IMG/VR virus record: IMGVR_UViG_3300023267_000001
Coordinates: 1 to 64,000 of that record
DNA: 64,000 nucleotides
Strand: one strand, 5' to 3'
Source of the DNA: a virus
Lineage: Duplodnaviria; Caudoviricetes
Positions within the stretch are counted from its first letter, which is position 1; the number at the start of each line of letters is the position of its first letter. The notes beneath the pieces are model-generated. The model saw only the letters and a list, made by a program, of their open reading frames with translations, had not been told where the DNA came from and searched no databases. Positions 44,178-53,067 of this stretch are shown here, piece after piece. Made by a program: the position numbers and the translations under genes.

Positions 44178-44929
44178 AACTTTTTCAAAACCGCAGTCGG
44201 GCTTGCGAACGGAAAGAACTCGGTCGCCATGCACGGAAATTTCTCGTGACGTTGGAGCTTTAACCATGAATCCACCAAGCCTTTATATCCATAAAAATTC
44301 TCTTTGTAAATTAACTGCTCCTTGGTGGCGTAAGAAAAATGGTCAAACACAAGGCCCAATCTAGCTGATTCGTCAGCAGACATAAATGAACCCTTGTTAC
44401 CATTTAAGCTTGGAGGTTCGTGAACTACTCCGACCATACCCGGCCTAAATCTCCAGAAGCGCAGCCAAGAATTATTGCGGTCTGATTCAGGGTCAACGTA
44501 AATATCCTTGCCGTAGAAATAACGGCACTTGAGATACATGCGCGCAATGGACTGCTCCAAAAATATGTCATGGATTTTGCGAAGCTGTTTGGCGGTGTAA
44601 ATCTCGTCGGAGTCAATCTGACCAAGCAAGCAGGGCTGCTGAATGTTGTTTATGGCTATCTGACACATTTCGTCTTTACCACCAGACCACCACTGACGAT
44701 TAAAAACTTTAACGCGAGGGTGGTTGGAGATGGAGTTTAAAAATTCTGTTGTTCCGTCTTTGCTCAGGCGAGGTTCTTGTTTTTGACACCATTTTGTCGA
44801 GCCAGTGTTGGCAGCGGCCCCATGTGAAACATACCAAAAAAAATCCAATCCAGATTCCTCAAATATGGGAAGCTGCATTTTTATGTATGGCATGGAATCC
44901 AATGCCAGAGTGTAAAATACAACTTTCAA
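44174..44929 (-). CDS. GT2-like glycosyltransferase
   Basis: SKDGTTEFL, GQIDSDEIY (DxD), VHEPP, FDHFSY. Confidence 0.75.
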   Translation of the reverse strand: MKVVFYTLALDSMPYIKMQLPIFEESGLDFFWYVSHGAAANTGSTKWCQKQEPRLSKDGTTEFLNSISNHPRVKVFNRQWWSGGKDEMCQIAINNIQQPCLLGQIDSDEIYTAKQLRKIHDIFLEQSIARMYLKCRYFYGKDIYVDPESDRNNSWLRFWRFRPGMVGVVHEPPSLNGNKGSFMSADESARLGLVFDHFSYATKEQLIYKENFYGYKGLVDSWLKLQRHEKFPCMATEFFPFASPTAVLKKL

Positions 44930-45615
44930 ATCATTCCTCTGGATTTTAATTCAGCCATCTCGTCGTCAGTGATTTTCTGCAAATAAAAGCATTCGTCATC
45001 AAAATTAACCGGCCTCTGACGGTCGTAGCCAAATGAGAACTGTTTGAACTTGTTTGGATATGCGGCCATCAACCGAACGTATTTAGCTTCCGGCAAATTC
45101 TGATGCGTCTCCTTGCCGCACGATAGATAAAGCCTGCAAAATTCAAGGATGAAGGAATGTTTAACAAGGAACAATGATTGCGCGGCTGGCATCACTTTCA
45201 ACTTCCCAAAGATGCAACCGGCGTCACCGATTTCTTCATACATTTTGTCAAGACATGGGCCGAACCAAAGGCAATCCTGCTCTTTGAAAATAAAGTCTTT
45301 TTCCTCATTGTAGGCAATCATTGCCAAAATCAGTATGGAAGCCGACCAGCCGCATATCTCATGGTTTTTAAAAGGTGGCTCGATACCAATCAGACCATGA
45401 ACGTGACCAAGATTGCCTTTGATTGGAATCAAATTAACCATCGGCTGCGAAGGATTTAGCGTGCATCCTCCAACACCCAAAACATGGATTGCAGCAGGGT
45501 TTGAATACTGCAATGTGTTTCTCAGCCAAGTGTTAAAAAACCACTGTGCTTGGACTTCGCCAGCGGGCTTGTAGAAGAAGCCAGAGCCGATGACATACTG
45601 GTTATCGTGATTCAT
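44926..45615 (-). CDS. putative GT-A glycosyltransferase
   Basis: GWSASIL..AMIAY...FIFKEQDCLWFG resembles a DxD-region strand; cluster context; start moved to ATG 45615. Confidence 0.5.
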   Translation of the reverse strand: MNHDNQYVIGSGFFYKPAGEVQAQWFFNTWLRNTLQYSNPAAIHVLGVGGCTLNPSQPMVNLIPIKGNLGHVHGLIGIEPPFKNHEICGWSASILILAMIAYNEEKDFIFKEQDCLWFGPCLDKMYEEIGDAGCIFGKLKVMPAAQSLFLVKHSFILEFCRLYLSCGKETHQNLPEAKYVRLMAAYPNKFKQFSFGYDRQRPVNFDDECFYLQKITDDEMAELKSRGMI

Positions 45616-45619
45616 AATT

Positions 45620-46429
45620 TTATTCCCAATCAATCTCCGGCGTTTCCGGTGCTTTAACTGCACCAACCAGCCACGCAACAAACGGCATCGCCTGCGTCAT
45701 TCTGCCGGGGAAGTGAATCACACACGGGCGTGAACCGCTCTTTAAAACCACAGGCGCATCATCGCGACTCTTGGTGAAATCGTATTCGTTAAACGGCGTG
45801 TTCGAGAAATGGTTGAAAACCCGCTGCTCAAAGTCCACGCGCAATGGAAATGCGTGTTCGACGTAGGCAACCTGCCACATGTGCTGGTCGTTGCTGTATA
45901 AAGGTGGATGACTGCTGGCAATCCTGTCCTCTTTTACGAGCTTGGACAACGCCACCATGCGCGCGTAAGCCACGTTAAACGATTCACGGTTTGCCATCCA
46001 TGCGCCAGCATTGATGTAATCGAATCCAGAGGCATGTTTTCCGAATCGTGCCGCCCAAGCTGGGTCGATGTGGTGGGCGCACATCGACGAGCCTGAAATC
46101 AGCATCGGCCAGCCAATCGCGTTGAACTCGTCGCAGATGGATTGCAGCGACCTAACAAATATGCAGTCGCGCGCATCGACGTAGAGGATGAATTTCACCG
46201 ATTCCGGCAGGGAATCAATCTTGGGCTTCAACCGAGTCAGCTTCATCTCGAAACTGTTGTCGATTTCGATGGTGTTGTATTCGTAGCGCTCACCACGCAT
46301 GAAGGAAATCAGGTTGATGCCCTGCGTCTTGGCCGATTGTTGCATGAATCCAGCGGTGGATGGAACGTCTTGCTTGCGTTCGTATGCAAGAATGCTGACC
46401 ACGGAGGTATTTTCGGGGGTTGCAATCAT
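45620..46429 (-). CDS. PLOD-type (procollagen galactosyl/glucosyltransferase-like) GT domain
   Basis: ILYVDARDCIF, YINAGAWMA, NDQHMW, LRVDFEQRVF, VIHFPG. Confidence 0.7.
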   Translation of the reverse strand: MIATPENTSVVSILAYERKQDVPSTAGFMQQSAKTQGINLISFMRGERYEYNTIEIDNSFEMKLTRLKPKIDSLPESVKFILYVDARDCIFVRSLQSICDEFNAIGWPMLISGSSMCAHHIDPAWAARFGKHASGFDYINAGAWMANRESFNVAYARMVALSKLVKEDRIASSHPPLYSNDQHMWQVAYVEHAFPLRVDFEQRVFNHFSNTPFNEYDFTKSRDDAPVVLKSGSRPCVIHFPGRMTQAMPFVAWLVGAVKAPETPEIDWE

Positions 46430-47022
46430 TTTTTTGGTAGCCAACTTCCTGACCAATGGTGAATCGCGTAACTATCCTGATGCGCCAATCGTTCATGTGC
46501 TGGCGAGTCATGCAGGAACGGGTAAAAGAACTCTGTCGGCAGAATCGTAACGCCTTCTCGTGGCGCGCGCGTAGCGATATAGACTCCAAATGCCGCGTCT
46601 TGAGTCTTTAGCGCATCTTCATTCTCAATCTGCCAACGAATCCAAGGATGGCCTGCTGACGCCCCTAGGATTGCATTACAGACGCGGCCAACATCTTTCT
46701 CAAACATGATTTTGTCCTGCAATGCGCAGAACGCACTCAAGTCCAGAAGCGTGTCGAATGGTTTTAAAACCTCCACATCAGAATCGAGATACACGCCCCC
46801 AAATTTATCCAGAGCGTGAAGCCTGACAATGTTTGAAAGGCTGGCAAAATTCTGACAGTCGGACATCAGCGCGTTGTAATCCAGCCCAAGGTCGGCGATG
46901 TTGTTTTCATTCCAGTAGAAAATCTCCCAATCTTGATGATGCTTGAGCGCGGTTTTGCGACATCGTTCAGAGGGGGCATCGAGCGAACCGAAATGCACAA
47001 AATGTAGGTTTTTTGGAATCAT
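46426..47022 (-). CDS. GT32 (OCH1/DxD sugar-binding) glycosyltransferase
   Basis: IPKNLHFVHFG, SNIVRLHAL.KFGGVYLDSDVE, NAILGA..GHPWI, YAIHHWSGSW. Confidence 0.9.
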   Translation of the reverse strand: MIPKNLHFVHFGSLDAPSERCRKTALKHHQDWEIFYWNENNIADLGLDYNALMSDCQNFASLSNIVRLHALDKFGGVYLDSDVEVLKPFDTLLDLSAFCALQDKIMFEKDVGRVCNAILGASAGHPWIRWQIENEDALKTQDAAFGVYIATRAPREGVTILPTEFFYPFLHDSPAHERLAHQDSYAIHHWSGSWLPKK

Positions 47023-47591
47023 TAGATTTTACGCAGGCAGAACGACGGGAACTCCTCTTCGCTGACGGCCACGAGTTTCCAGTCAGTTTCTTTGCAGAAT
47101 TGGGCGACTGCTTTTTGGACTCCCCAACCGTATTTAACAGCCGTCGGATGGTCATCGCAGAAGTCGTGGCCCATTATTGACGCCGAGGGGGACATAACTC
47201 TTGACCACGCCCGAAGGTCGGCTAGAACGGAATCGTAATCGTGCGCGGCATCTAAAAAAACACCGTCAAACGTCACCCTGTTTTCAAAAGCCATTTCAGC
47301 GGCCCCAAGCGAATCCATTCTCATTATGGCATATCTGCCGCCATGCCTGTGGCCTTGGATATTTTCCAGTGTTTCAAGATAGTTCGCCTCGTGGTCAACT
47401 GACGGGTCGGCAAGCGGGTCATTGTAATCATCGCGCTTTCTCCAGCTATCTACGAGCCAGACATGATTCAAGTTTGGCAGGCTTAAAATCTCGTTTGAGA
47501 AATATCCGCGCCAAACTCCGACTTCTGCGATGCTGGAGCCTTTGGGCAAACTCGCAATCATTTCAATCCGCGTCTTGAATTTTTGAATCAT
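47022..47591 (-). CDS. class I SAM methyltransferase (Methyltransf_24-like)
   Basis: AEVGVWRGYFS, FDGVFLDAAHDY..V..DL, GHDF, GV.KAV. Confidence 0.9.
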   Translation of the reverse strand: MIQKFKTRIEMIASLPKGSSIAEVGVWRGYFSNEILSLPNLNHVWLVDSWRKRDDYNDPLADPSVDHEANYLETLENIQGHRHGGRYAIMRMDSLGAAEMAFENRVTFDGVFLDAAHDYDSVLADLRAWSRVMSPSASIMGHDFCDDHPTAVKYGWGVQKAVAQFCKETDWKLVAVSEEEFPSFCLRKI

Positions 47592-48124
47592 AACTTTTGA
47601 AACGCGATGAAGCTGTCGGCAGAGTCGAATTTGGGCATTAGGTTTCTAATTCCATCGGCCTGCAATTCCTTAATCGCTTTCGTCCCACCTTCAAACATAG
47701 GGTTTCCATTGTCGTGAAAGCTGAAAATACCACCATTAACCAAAGCTGGAAAGAATTTATCAAACACGGCAATCGTGTCATCGTAGGTGTGAGAATGGTC
47801 AACAAAAATAAAACTCAGCCCCGTCTCCTGTTTCAACTCCGTCTTGTTGAAATCCTCGTTCAGAATATCAACCTGTCCAGCGTGTCCGTGTCGCACGAGA
47901 TTGGCGAACAGCGTATCGCACTGACCTTGCTCGATGCAGATAAGCCGCTTGTCAGACCGCAGGACGGAGCAGATTACCAATGCGCTTAAACCGTTCAGCG
48001 AACCGATTTCAAGCGCGTGGCCGTCAAGGTGCGCCGTGGCTAGAACGCAGCGTTGGATGGCCTGACGTTCACCCTCGGTTAAATAACCAAGGACTTCTGG
48101 AAATTTGCCGGAGGAGTTTTTCAT
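47588..48124 (-). CDS. class I SAM methyltransferase (Methyltransf_24-like)
   Basis: LEIGSLNGLS, FIFVDHSHTY, L.NGG..SFHD. Confidence 0.9.
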   Translation of the reverse strand: MKNSSGKFPEVLGYLTEGERQAIQRCVLATAHLDGHALEIGSLNGLSALVICSVLRSDKRLICIEQGQCDTLFANLVRHGHAGQVDILNEDFNKTELKQETGLSFIFVDHSHTYDDTIAVFDKFFPALVNGGIFSFHDNGNPMFEGGTKAIKELQADGIRNLMPKFDSADSFIAFQKL

Positions 48125-48504
48125 ACAATAAACCTCCAGACTGCCCAGATGGTTACGATATGCCAGACGTTATCGACCACAATCATGCTCCACGGCGCAC
48201 ATGGGCCGGTGCGAAATTTGTGTTGTCCGATTAAATCCATCCACCAAGAAATGATGTTGGTGCGGTCTTGGATAAAGTGAGTCCAGAAAAGAATTTGCCA
48301 AGTCCATGCCGCGTTGCCAGTCCATAATGGAGTCAACCAATTATCCCATCCAGCAAACAGGCAAACAGTGATTGACCATATCAATGCATGAACACAACAA
48401 TGAAATGAGCTTTTCTTTTTGTTAAGGGCTTGCCAATCATTTTGAAGCAGGTAGTCGCCGACAAGGTGGCCGATGATGGCGAGCGTTAGGGTGTTTTGAT
48501 TCAT
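48121..48504 (-). CDS. DUF3307-like membrane protein
   Basis: HLVGDYLLQ..WQA..K, H...H, HF.QD, DN.WH. Confidence 0.8.
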   Translation of the reverse strand: MNQNTLTLAIIGHLVGDYLLQNDWQALNKKKSSFHCCVHALIWSITVCLFAGWDNWLTPLWTGNAAWTWQILFWTHFIQDRTNIISWWMDLIGQHKFRTGPCAPWSMIVVDNVWHIVTIWAVWRFIV

Positions 48505-48953
48505 TTTGTCAGGCGGAATCTGGCAGATTCCAGTTCATCTTTGGCTTCTCCGATTACGCGCCAATGGCCATAAATGGCGGGTCGTTTTCCATCACCATCA
48601 ATGTCGCGCGCGATGTCTCGGAATCCGGCCAAGGAAAGAAACGAGGCGAGAGATTGTTCTGTCCAAAAACTTAAATGCCCATGACCCAATAAAATATCTC
48701 TGGCATGGTCTGGCTCCAGTCGGTCAACAACAGGGCAGGAAATATGCAGCAATCCTCCAGATTTAAGGATTCTCCTTGCCTCAATAAGAAACCTGAAAAA
48801 GTCTTGGGGCGCACAGTGTTCCCCGCAGTGTTCAAGAAGAACCTCTTGCACTGATTCAGATTCGTATGGCAGCGGCTTTGTTATGTCAACCTCAGCGTCG
48901 TGGTTATTCCAGCCTTCAAGCTGATTGCCTCCAGAGCCGAATTGAATTTTCAT
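48501..48953 (-). CDS. class I SAM methyltransferase (type 11-like)
   Basis: IQFGSGGNQLEGWNNHD, LPY.SESV..V..EH..EH, RILKSGGLL.I..P. Confidence 0.85.
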   Translation of the reverse strand: MKIQFGSGGNQLEGWNNHDAEVDITKPLPYESESVQEVLLEHCGEHCAPQDFFRFLIEARRILKSGGLLHISCPVVDRLEPDHARDILLGHGHLSFWTEQSLASFLSLAGFRDIARDIDGDGKRPAIYGHWRVIGEAKDELESARFRLTK

Positions 48954-48986
48954 AATTCAGAGAGTGCCAAAAGTGGCGTTGTCTTG

Positions 48987-49694
48987 TCAACCAACTTTAT
49001 GAAAAATCTCCGCGTATGGAAAAGTTAAAACCCAAGGCTTCCAGTCTGGAACCTCGTTTCGCATTTTCATAATCGCCTCAACCATGCGCGTATTTTCAGG
49101 AGATTGACGCGGAAGATTACAGCGCGCGTCGGGAACCACACCGGCAAAACGGATGATGTTCGCGGCCAGATTCCGCTTCATAAATCCGGCAGGCTGGATG
49201 CGCTTTTCAAACTCGCCGTCGTTTCCGTAAGTGCCGACGAATCTTTCATCGTGACCACCGATTTCCCAGAACGCTTTTTTGGTCAGGAACCAAGAATTTT
49301 TGTGCGGAGGATTCGGTTTCATGTCGGGGTATTGCATTCGGCTGAAAGTATAAACCGCCTTTGGGTCGAAGTTTCCATAAACCAGATACTCCATTGTTTC
49401 CACGGGAACAACATGGTCGATGTCCGTCATTAAAAGCCAGTCTCCAGAAGCCTTGGCAGCAGCGAGGTTTCGGCAGAATTGCCAGTTCCAAAGCGCGTCG
49501 ATTCCGGTTCTGAAAAAACGCGATTTCAGATTTAGACTGGGGACGACAAGCGGATGCTTCGGCGAACAATCGTCGGTCACAATGAGTTCAAGCTTTGAGC
49601 GGATGTCCTCTGGATAGCCGATTATGACCTTTAGCTGATGCTCGAGCATCAGTGGATTATCGTAAAACGGAAAAGTTAAAGTGAGCCGGTTCAT
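48987..49694 (-). CDS. GT2 glycosyltransferase
   Basis: LT.PFYDNP.ML, IVTDDCSP, CRNLAA, LMTDIDH, GGHDERF.G.YG.D.EF; start moved to 49694. Confidence 0.85.
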   Translation of the reverse strand: MNRLTLTFPFYDNPLMLEHQLKVIIGYPEDIRSKLELIVTDDCSPKHPLVVPSLNLKSRFFRTGIDALWNWQFCRNLAAAKASGDWLLMTDIDHVVPVETMEYLVYGNFDPKAVYTFSRMQYPDMKPNPPHKNSWFLTKKAFWEIGGHDERFVGTYGNDGEFEKRIQPAGFMKRNLAANIIRFAGVVPDARCNLPRQSPENTRMVEAIMKMRNEVPDWKPWVLTFPYAEIFHKVG

Positions 49695-50668
49695 AAAAAG
49701 GGAATGGATTCCAGAATGAAACCGCAAGCCCCTCTGTGTCCTCCACCGCCATGTTTTTTAGCTATGGCAGAAAGGTCTATGCCGGTGTTATGTCGCGCAT
49801 GATAGAGTGAAAAAATGTAGCGCGCGCCATCGTAATAAAAACCCATTAAAGCATCGTGGCCTGTCTTTGGCACATCTTTTGAGCTAAACGTCAAGCTGTT
49901 GAACCTGATTGAATTTAGGCATAGAAATTTCAATCCTTCCCATTCAACTAAAAAGCTTCGCTCCATTGCGCCCCTGTCAATACTGCGCTGGTATTCTTGC
50001 AGCAATGCGCCATCGTCAAGCATGGCCGCAACAGTGCTTGGGATGGAACCCCCGTCCTTCGGAAAGGATAGCAAGTCTCCTTCTTTGACTTGATTATATT
50101 GAAGCATACACCGCCAAGTTTCAGCGTTTAGCTCACGACTTCGCAGCCCAAACTGGAATGTTTCGGCATTGTGGTCGCGTTTGTCCCAGATGTCGTATTC
50201 ACCAGCGAGACGCACGGCGTATGGCTCCAAAACATCTCGGTTTATGAATTGCTCTTTTGTTGGCAGTGTCAGAAAAAATTGTTCATTGCGAGCGTTCTGA
50301 GCATTGTGCTGGTCAATGGAAAAGTATTGCCAAGCCAAGCGGCACGCCGCCACCCCGTCGATACGATAGCCCAAGATGTCAGTGGGATGCGTTTCTATGC
50401 TAGTTTTGTGGTGGTCAATCCAGATAACTCGATTAAGCAAAAATCCTGTTCCGTAAACTTTGTTTTTTGAAAAATCATCAAATCCAAAAACACGGTCAAC
50501 TGGCAAGTCGAGGACATAAACCATGCCTGATTCTGGAAATTTTAGGGGCTTGTCTTTGTAATCCCACCCAATGTATTCAACATCGCTTGTGCCAAGAAAA
50601 TGCTTTGAGACTTCGCGGCAGAAGATTCCATCGAAGTCAGCGGAGTGGTAAATGACAGTTGTTTTCAT
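49691..50668 (-). CDS. DHH/DHHA1 family phosphoesterase
   Basis: YHSADFDG, VLDL, WIDHH, EYDIW, GGGGHRGACGF. Confidence 0.9.
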   Translation of the reverse strand: MKTTVIYHSADFDGIFCREVSKHFLGTSDVEYIGWDYKDKPLKFPESGMVYVLDLPVDRVFGFDDFSKNKVYGTGFLLNRVIWIDHHKTSIETHPTDILGYRIDGVAACRLAWQYFSIDQHNAQNARNEQFFLTLPTKEQFINRDVLEPYAVRLAGEYDIWDKRDHNAETFQFGLRSRELNAETWRCMLQYNQVKEGDLLSFPKDGGSIPSTVAAMLDDGALLQEYQRSIDRGAMERSFLVEWEGLKFLCLNSIRFNSLTFSSKDVPKTGHDALMGFYYDGARYIFSLYHARHNTGIDLSAIAKKHGGGGHRGACGFILESIPFL

Positions 50669-50671
50669 AAT

Positions 50672-53014
50672 TTAAATGCAGTTGTTTTCTGTAAAGTGTA
50701 AATCAGGCAGGTTTTTAGCAGCCCAATCCTTGAAAATCTTGCCGTTGTGCAAATTCGCTGGCGATGTGTGGACATACCCGCTCTTGGCCCAAGCTGACTC
50801 GTGAGAGATGTGAAAAATATAACCCTTGGGACACTCCGCTGGGAAAATATGTTTCAAGAAACTGGCCCTGTCTGACTTTATTCCGTGGTAAAGCCGGATT
50901 AGCGCAGTCATCATAACGTCCCAGTTTGCGGCGGCTAGAATTGGCTCCCCCAACTCATCCCAATGTTTCACCAGCCATGACTTTTTGAAAACAAAAAGGT
51001 CGCGACCAAAGTGGGGTTGCGCGTTTTTTGCCATCTCGACCGGATTCAATGCGCGGGTTGCGACTGCATGTTTAATCTCAACCCTTTGGCTCGAACAGGC
51101 ATCATAAACCGACCCGTAAAAACGAATCATTTCAGGTAAGTCGAGGTGTAGGATATTGTCGTCATTCGTAAAAAAAATTAAATCGTTGTCGTCAGCCTGC
51201 TCCATCGCCATCTTGAGCAAATCTTTCAAATATGGCAATGCGCGCGGCTCACCAATCTCCCGTGCGTCACGCGGATATTTCCACATGTGAACCGGCAACA
51301 CTTTTCCCGTGGCGTAGATGGCATCCCAAGAGTCGTTGCAAGCCCTCTTCCTGTTCGCGGTGTCGATGTTGGTTTCCTCGTGGCGTTCGGTGATGTGGAA
51401 CAGGCGCACGGATGGGGCGGGCTTGATTGGTGTTTTCCCAATCGGGTTTGCCGCGCCATCCCCAAGACTTTTGTGCCACTTATCCGCTGCAATTATTTTA
51501 CCAATGCCTTCAAAAACTCGCTGCTTCGTGGCTTCCGCGTAGGTAATTCGCTCAAAGCAGTTGCAACGCAACATGCTGCCAGCCCAAGGCTGGGGATTCA
51601 CCAACGCCACCACGGGCACGCTAGACGCAGCGGCAAGGTGTAATAGTGCGGTGTCGATACTCACAAGTCCGATGGCGTTATCCATCAGCCCAATGATGTC
51701 ATAAATCTTTTCAGCGCGAACCTTGTCTAAATCAACCACGTTTAAAGATTCGCCGAACGCCTTCTTGATTTCTTCAAGCAGGGCAACTCCACCTGAAAAC
51801 GGCGAACTGACTCCAGACGTGACTTGAACCAATAGCATTGGTTTGTCTGTGGATAACTTGGTGACAAGCTGCGCCTCGCGGTGGGCATCTCGCCGGTCAA
51901 AAACCAAATCCAGCGACGGGTCTTTGAAGCGGTGTTCAAATCCGAGCATTTTCCACGACTGGACATTATAGCTCGCGCATGTTTTCTCTGGCGTATAATT
52001 CTTTCCGTAGATTTGAGCCTGCAACACTATGGGGAACTTTGGACGAGCAATATCCATCGCGGTCAATACGCGGCTGTAATCAATGTCCACGATTTCAGGA
52101 ATGACGTAGCTGACGCCTTCAAGGACGGATGCGAACTCACGGGACACCATCAGGTGAGGCTTGGCGTAGTTTTCAGCGATGTGCTTGCAAATTGGAAGGA
52201 TGTTCACGATGTCTCCAAAGCGGCCCAACTCGACGATGCACACCGGCCATTTATGATTCTTCTTCTGGTTATACGCATCCATAAAATCCTGCATCATCTT
52301 CTTCGGGTCGTGTTCCAGAAACGGCTTCAAAATAATGTCGCCAGTTTTCTCCGAACCAACGCGAATCCTGCGGCGCAAATCTTCGGCAATGCGGTCATGC
52401 GCGGTTTGAAATCCTTTTTTGTCCTCGCCCATGCCGGAGACGTGGTGCGAACCGTTTCCCCAAGAATAGAAGAATGAGATTTCATTATCCACCAGATTGA
52501 AAACGCGGCCAGATAGTTGCGATGTCAGCCTGCCGACAAAATTCCTGTCCTCGCCAACGGTGAACTTATCGGAATATTTTCCAACTTTTTCCCACGCTTT
52601 TTTCGTGAATGCGAAACACGGCATCTGACCACCGACAATCTTGGATATTTTGAACTGCTCGCAAAAAAATTGCTTGTCGAGATGGACCCAGTTATGACCA
52701 CCTTCAAATCCTGCGGCAAAGTTGCGCAGGTGGTTTTCGCCAAAAATATCGTCATCGTCATAAGTCACGATATGCGTTCCATCCGCGTGCTCAACAGCGA
52801 TATTGCGCGCGGCTCCAAGCGAGATTGGCCGCTCTTTCAGATTGATTATTTTGACGTTCTGAAAGTCGCCGTAAAGCGTTTGCTGTGGGCAGGTATTCAG
52901 GATTAAAAGCTGCGACTTGCCATCGTATTTCTGGTTTAGGAAACAGGCGATGGCTTGTTCGAGGAATTTAACTCTCCCAAAAGTGACGCAGGCTGCGGTT
53001 ATGAATGGATTCAT
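50672..53014 (-). CDS. three-domain glycosyltransferase (GT2 + GT9-like GT-B + GT-A-like)
   Basis: CVTFGR..LEQAI..F..Q, YDDDD, GEDRNF; then LGRFGDIVNILP and VSIDTALLHLAAA; then FFTNDD. Confidence 0.8.
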   Translation of the reverse strand: MNPFITAACVTFGRVKFLEQAIACFLNQKYDGKSQLLILNTCPQQTLYGDFQNVKIINLKERPISLGAARNIAVEHADGTHIVTYDDDDIFGENHLRNFAAGFEGGHNWVHLDKQFFCEQFKISKIVGGQMPCFAFTKKAWEKVGKYSDKFTVGEDRNFVGRLTSQLSGRVFNLVDNEISFFYSWGNGSHHVSGMGEDKKGFQTAHDRIAEDLRRRIRVGSEKTGDIILKPFLEHDPKKMMQDFMDAYNQKKNHKWPVCIVELGRFGDIVNILPICKHIAENYAKPHLMVSREFASVLEGVSYVIPEIVDIDYSRVLTAMDIARPKFPIVLQAQIYGKNYTPEKTCASYNVQSWKMLGFEHRFKDPSLDLVFDRRDAHREAQLVTKLSTDKPMLLVQVTSGVSSPFSGGVALLEEIKKAFGESLNVVDLDKVRAEKIYDIIGLMDNAIGLVSIDTALLHLAAASSVPVVALVNPQPWAGSMLRCNCFERITYAEATKQRVFEGIGKIIAADKWHKSLGDGAANPIGKTPIKPAPSVRLFHITERHEETNIDTANRKRACNDSWDAIYATGKVLPVHMWKYPRDAREIGEPRALPYLKDLLKMAMEQADDNDLIFFTNDDNILHLDLPEMIRFYGSVYDACSSQRVEIKHAVATRALNPVEMAKNAQPHFGRDLFVFKKSWLVKHWDELGEPILAAANWDVMMTALIRLYHGIKSDRASFLKHIFPAECPKGYIFHISHESAWAKSGYVHTSPANLHNGKIFKDWAAKNLPDLHFTENNCI

Positions 53015-53067
53015 GCTCGTCCACAGACCATGCCACATTTGGCGGTGTCTAGTCCAGATAATTTATC

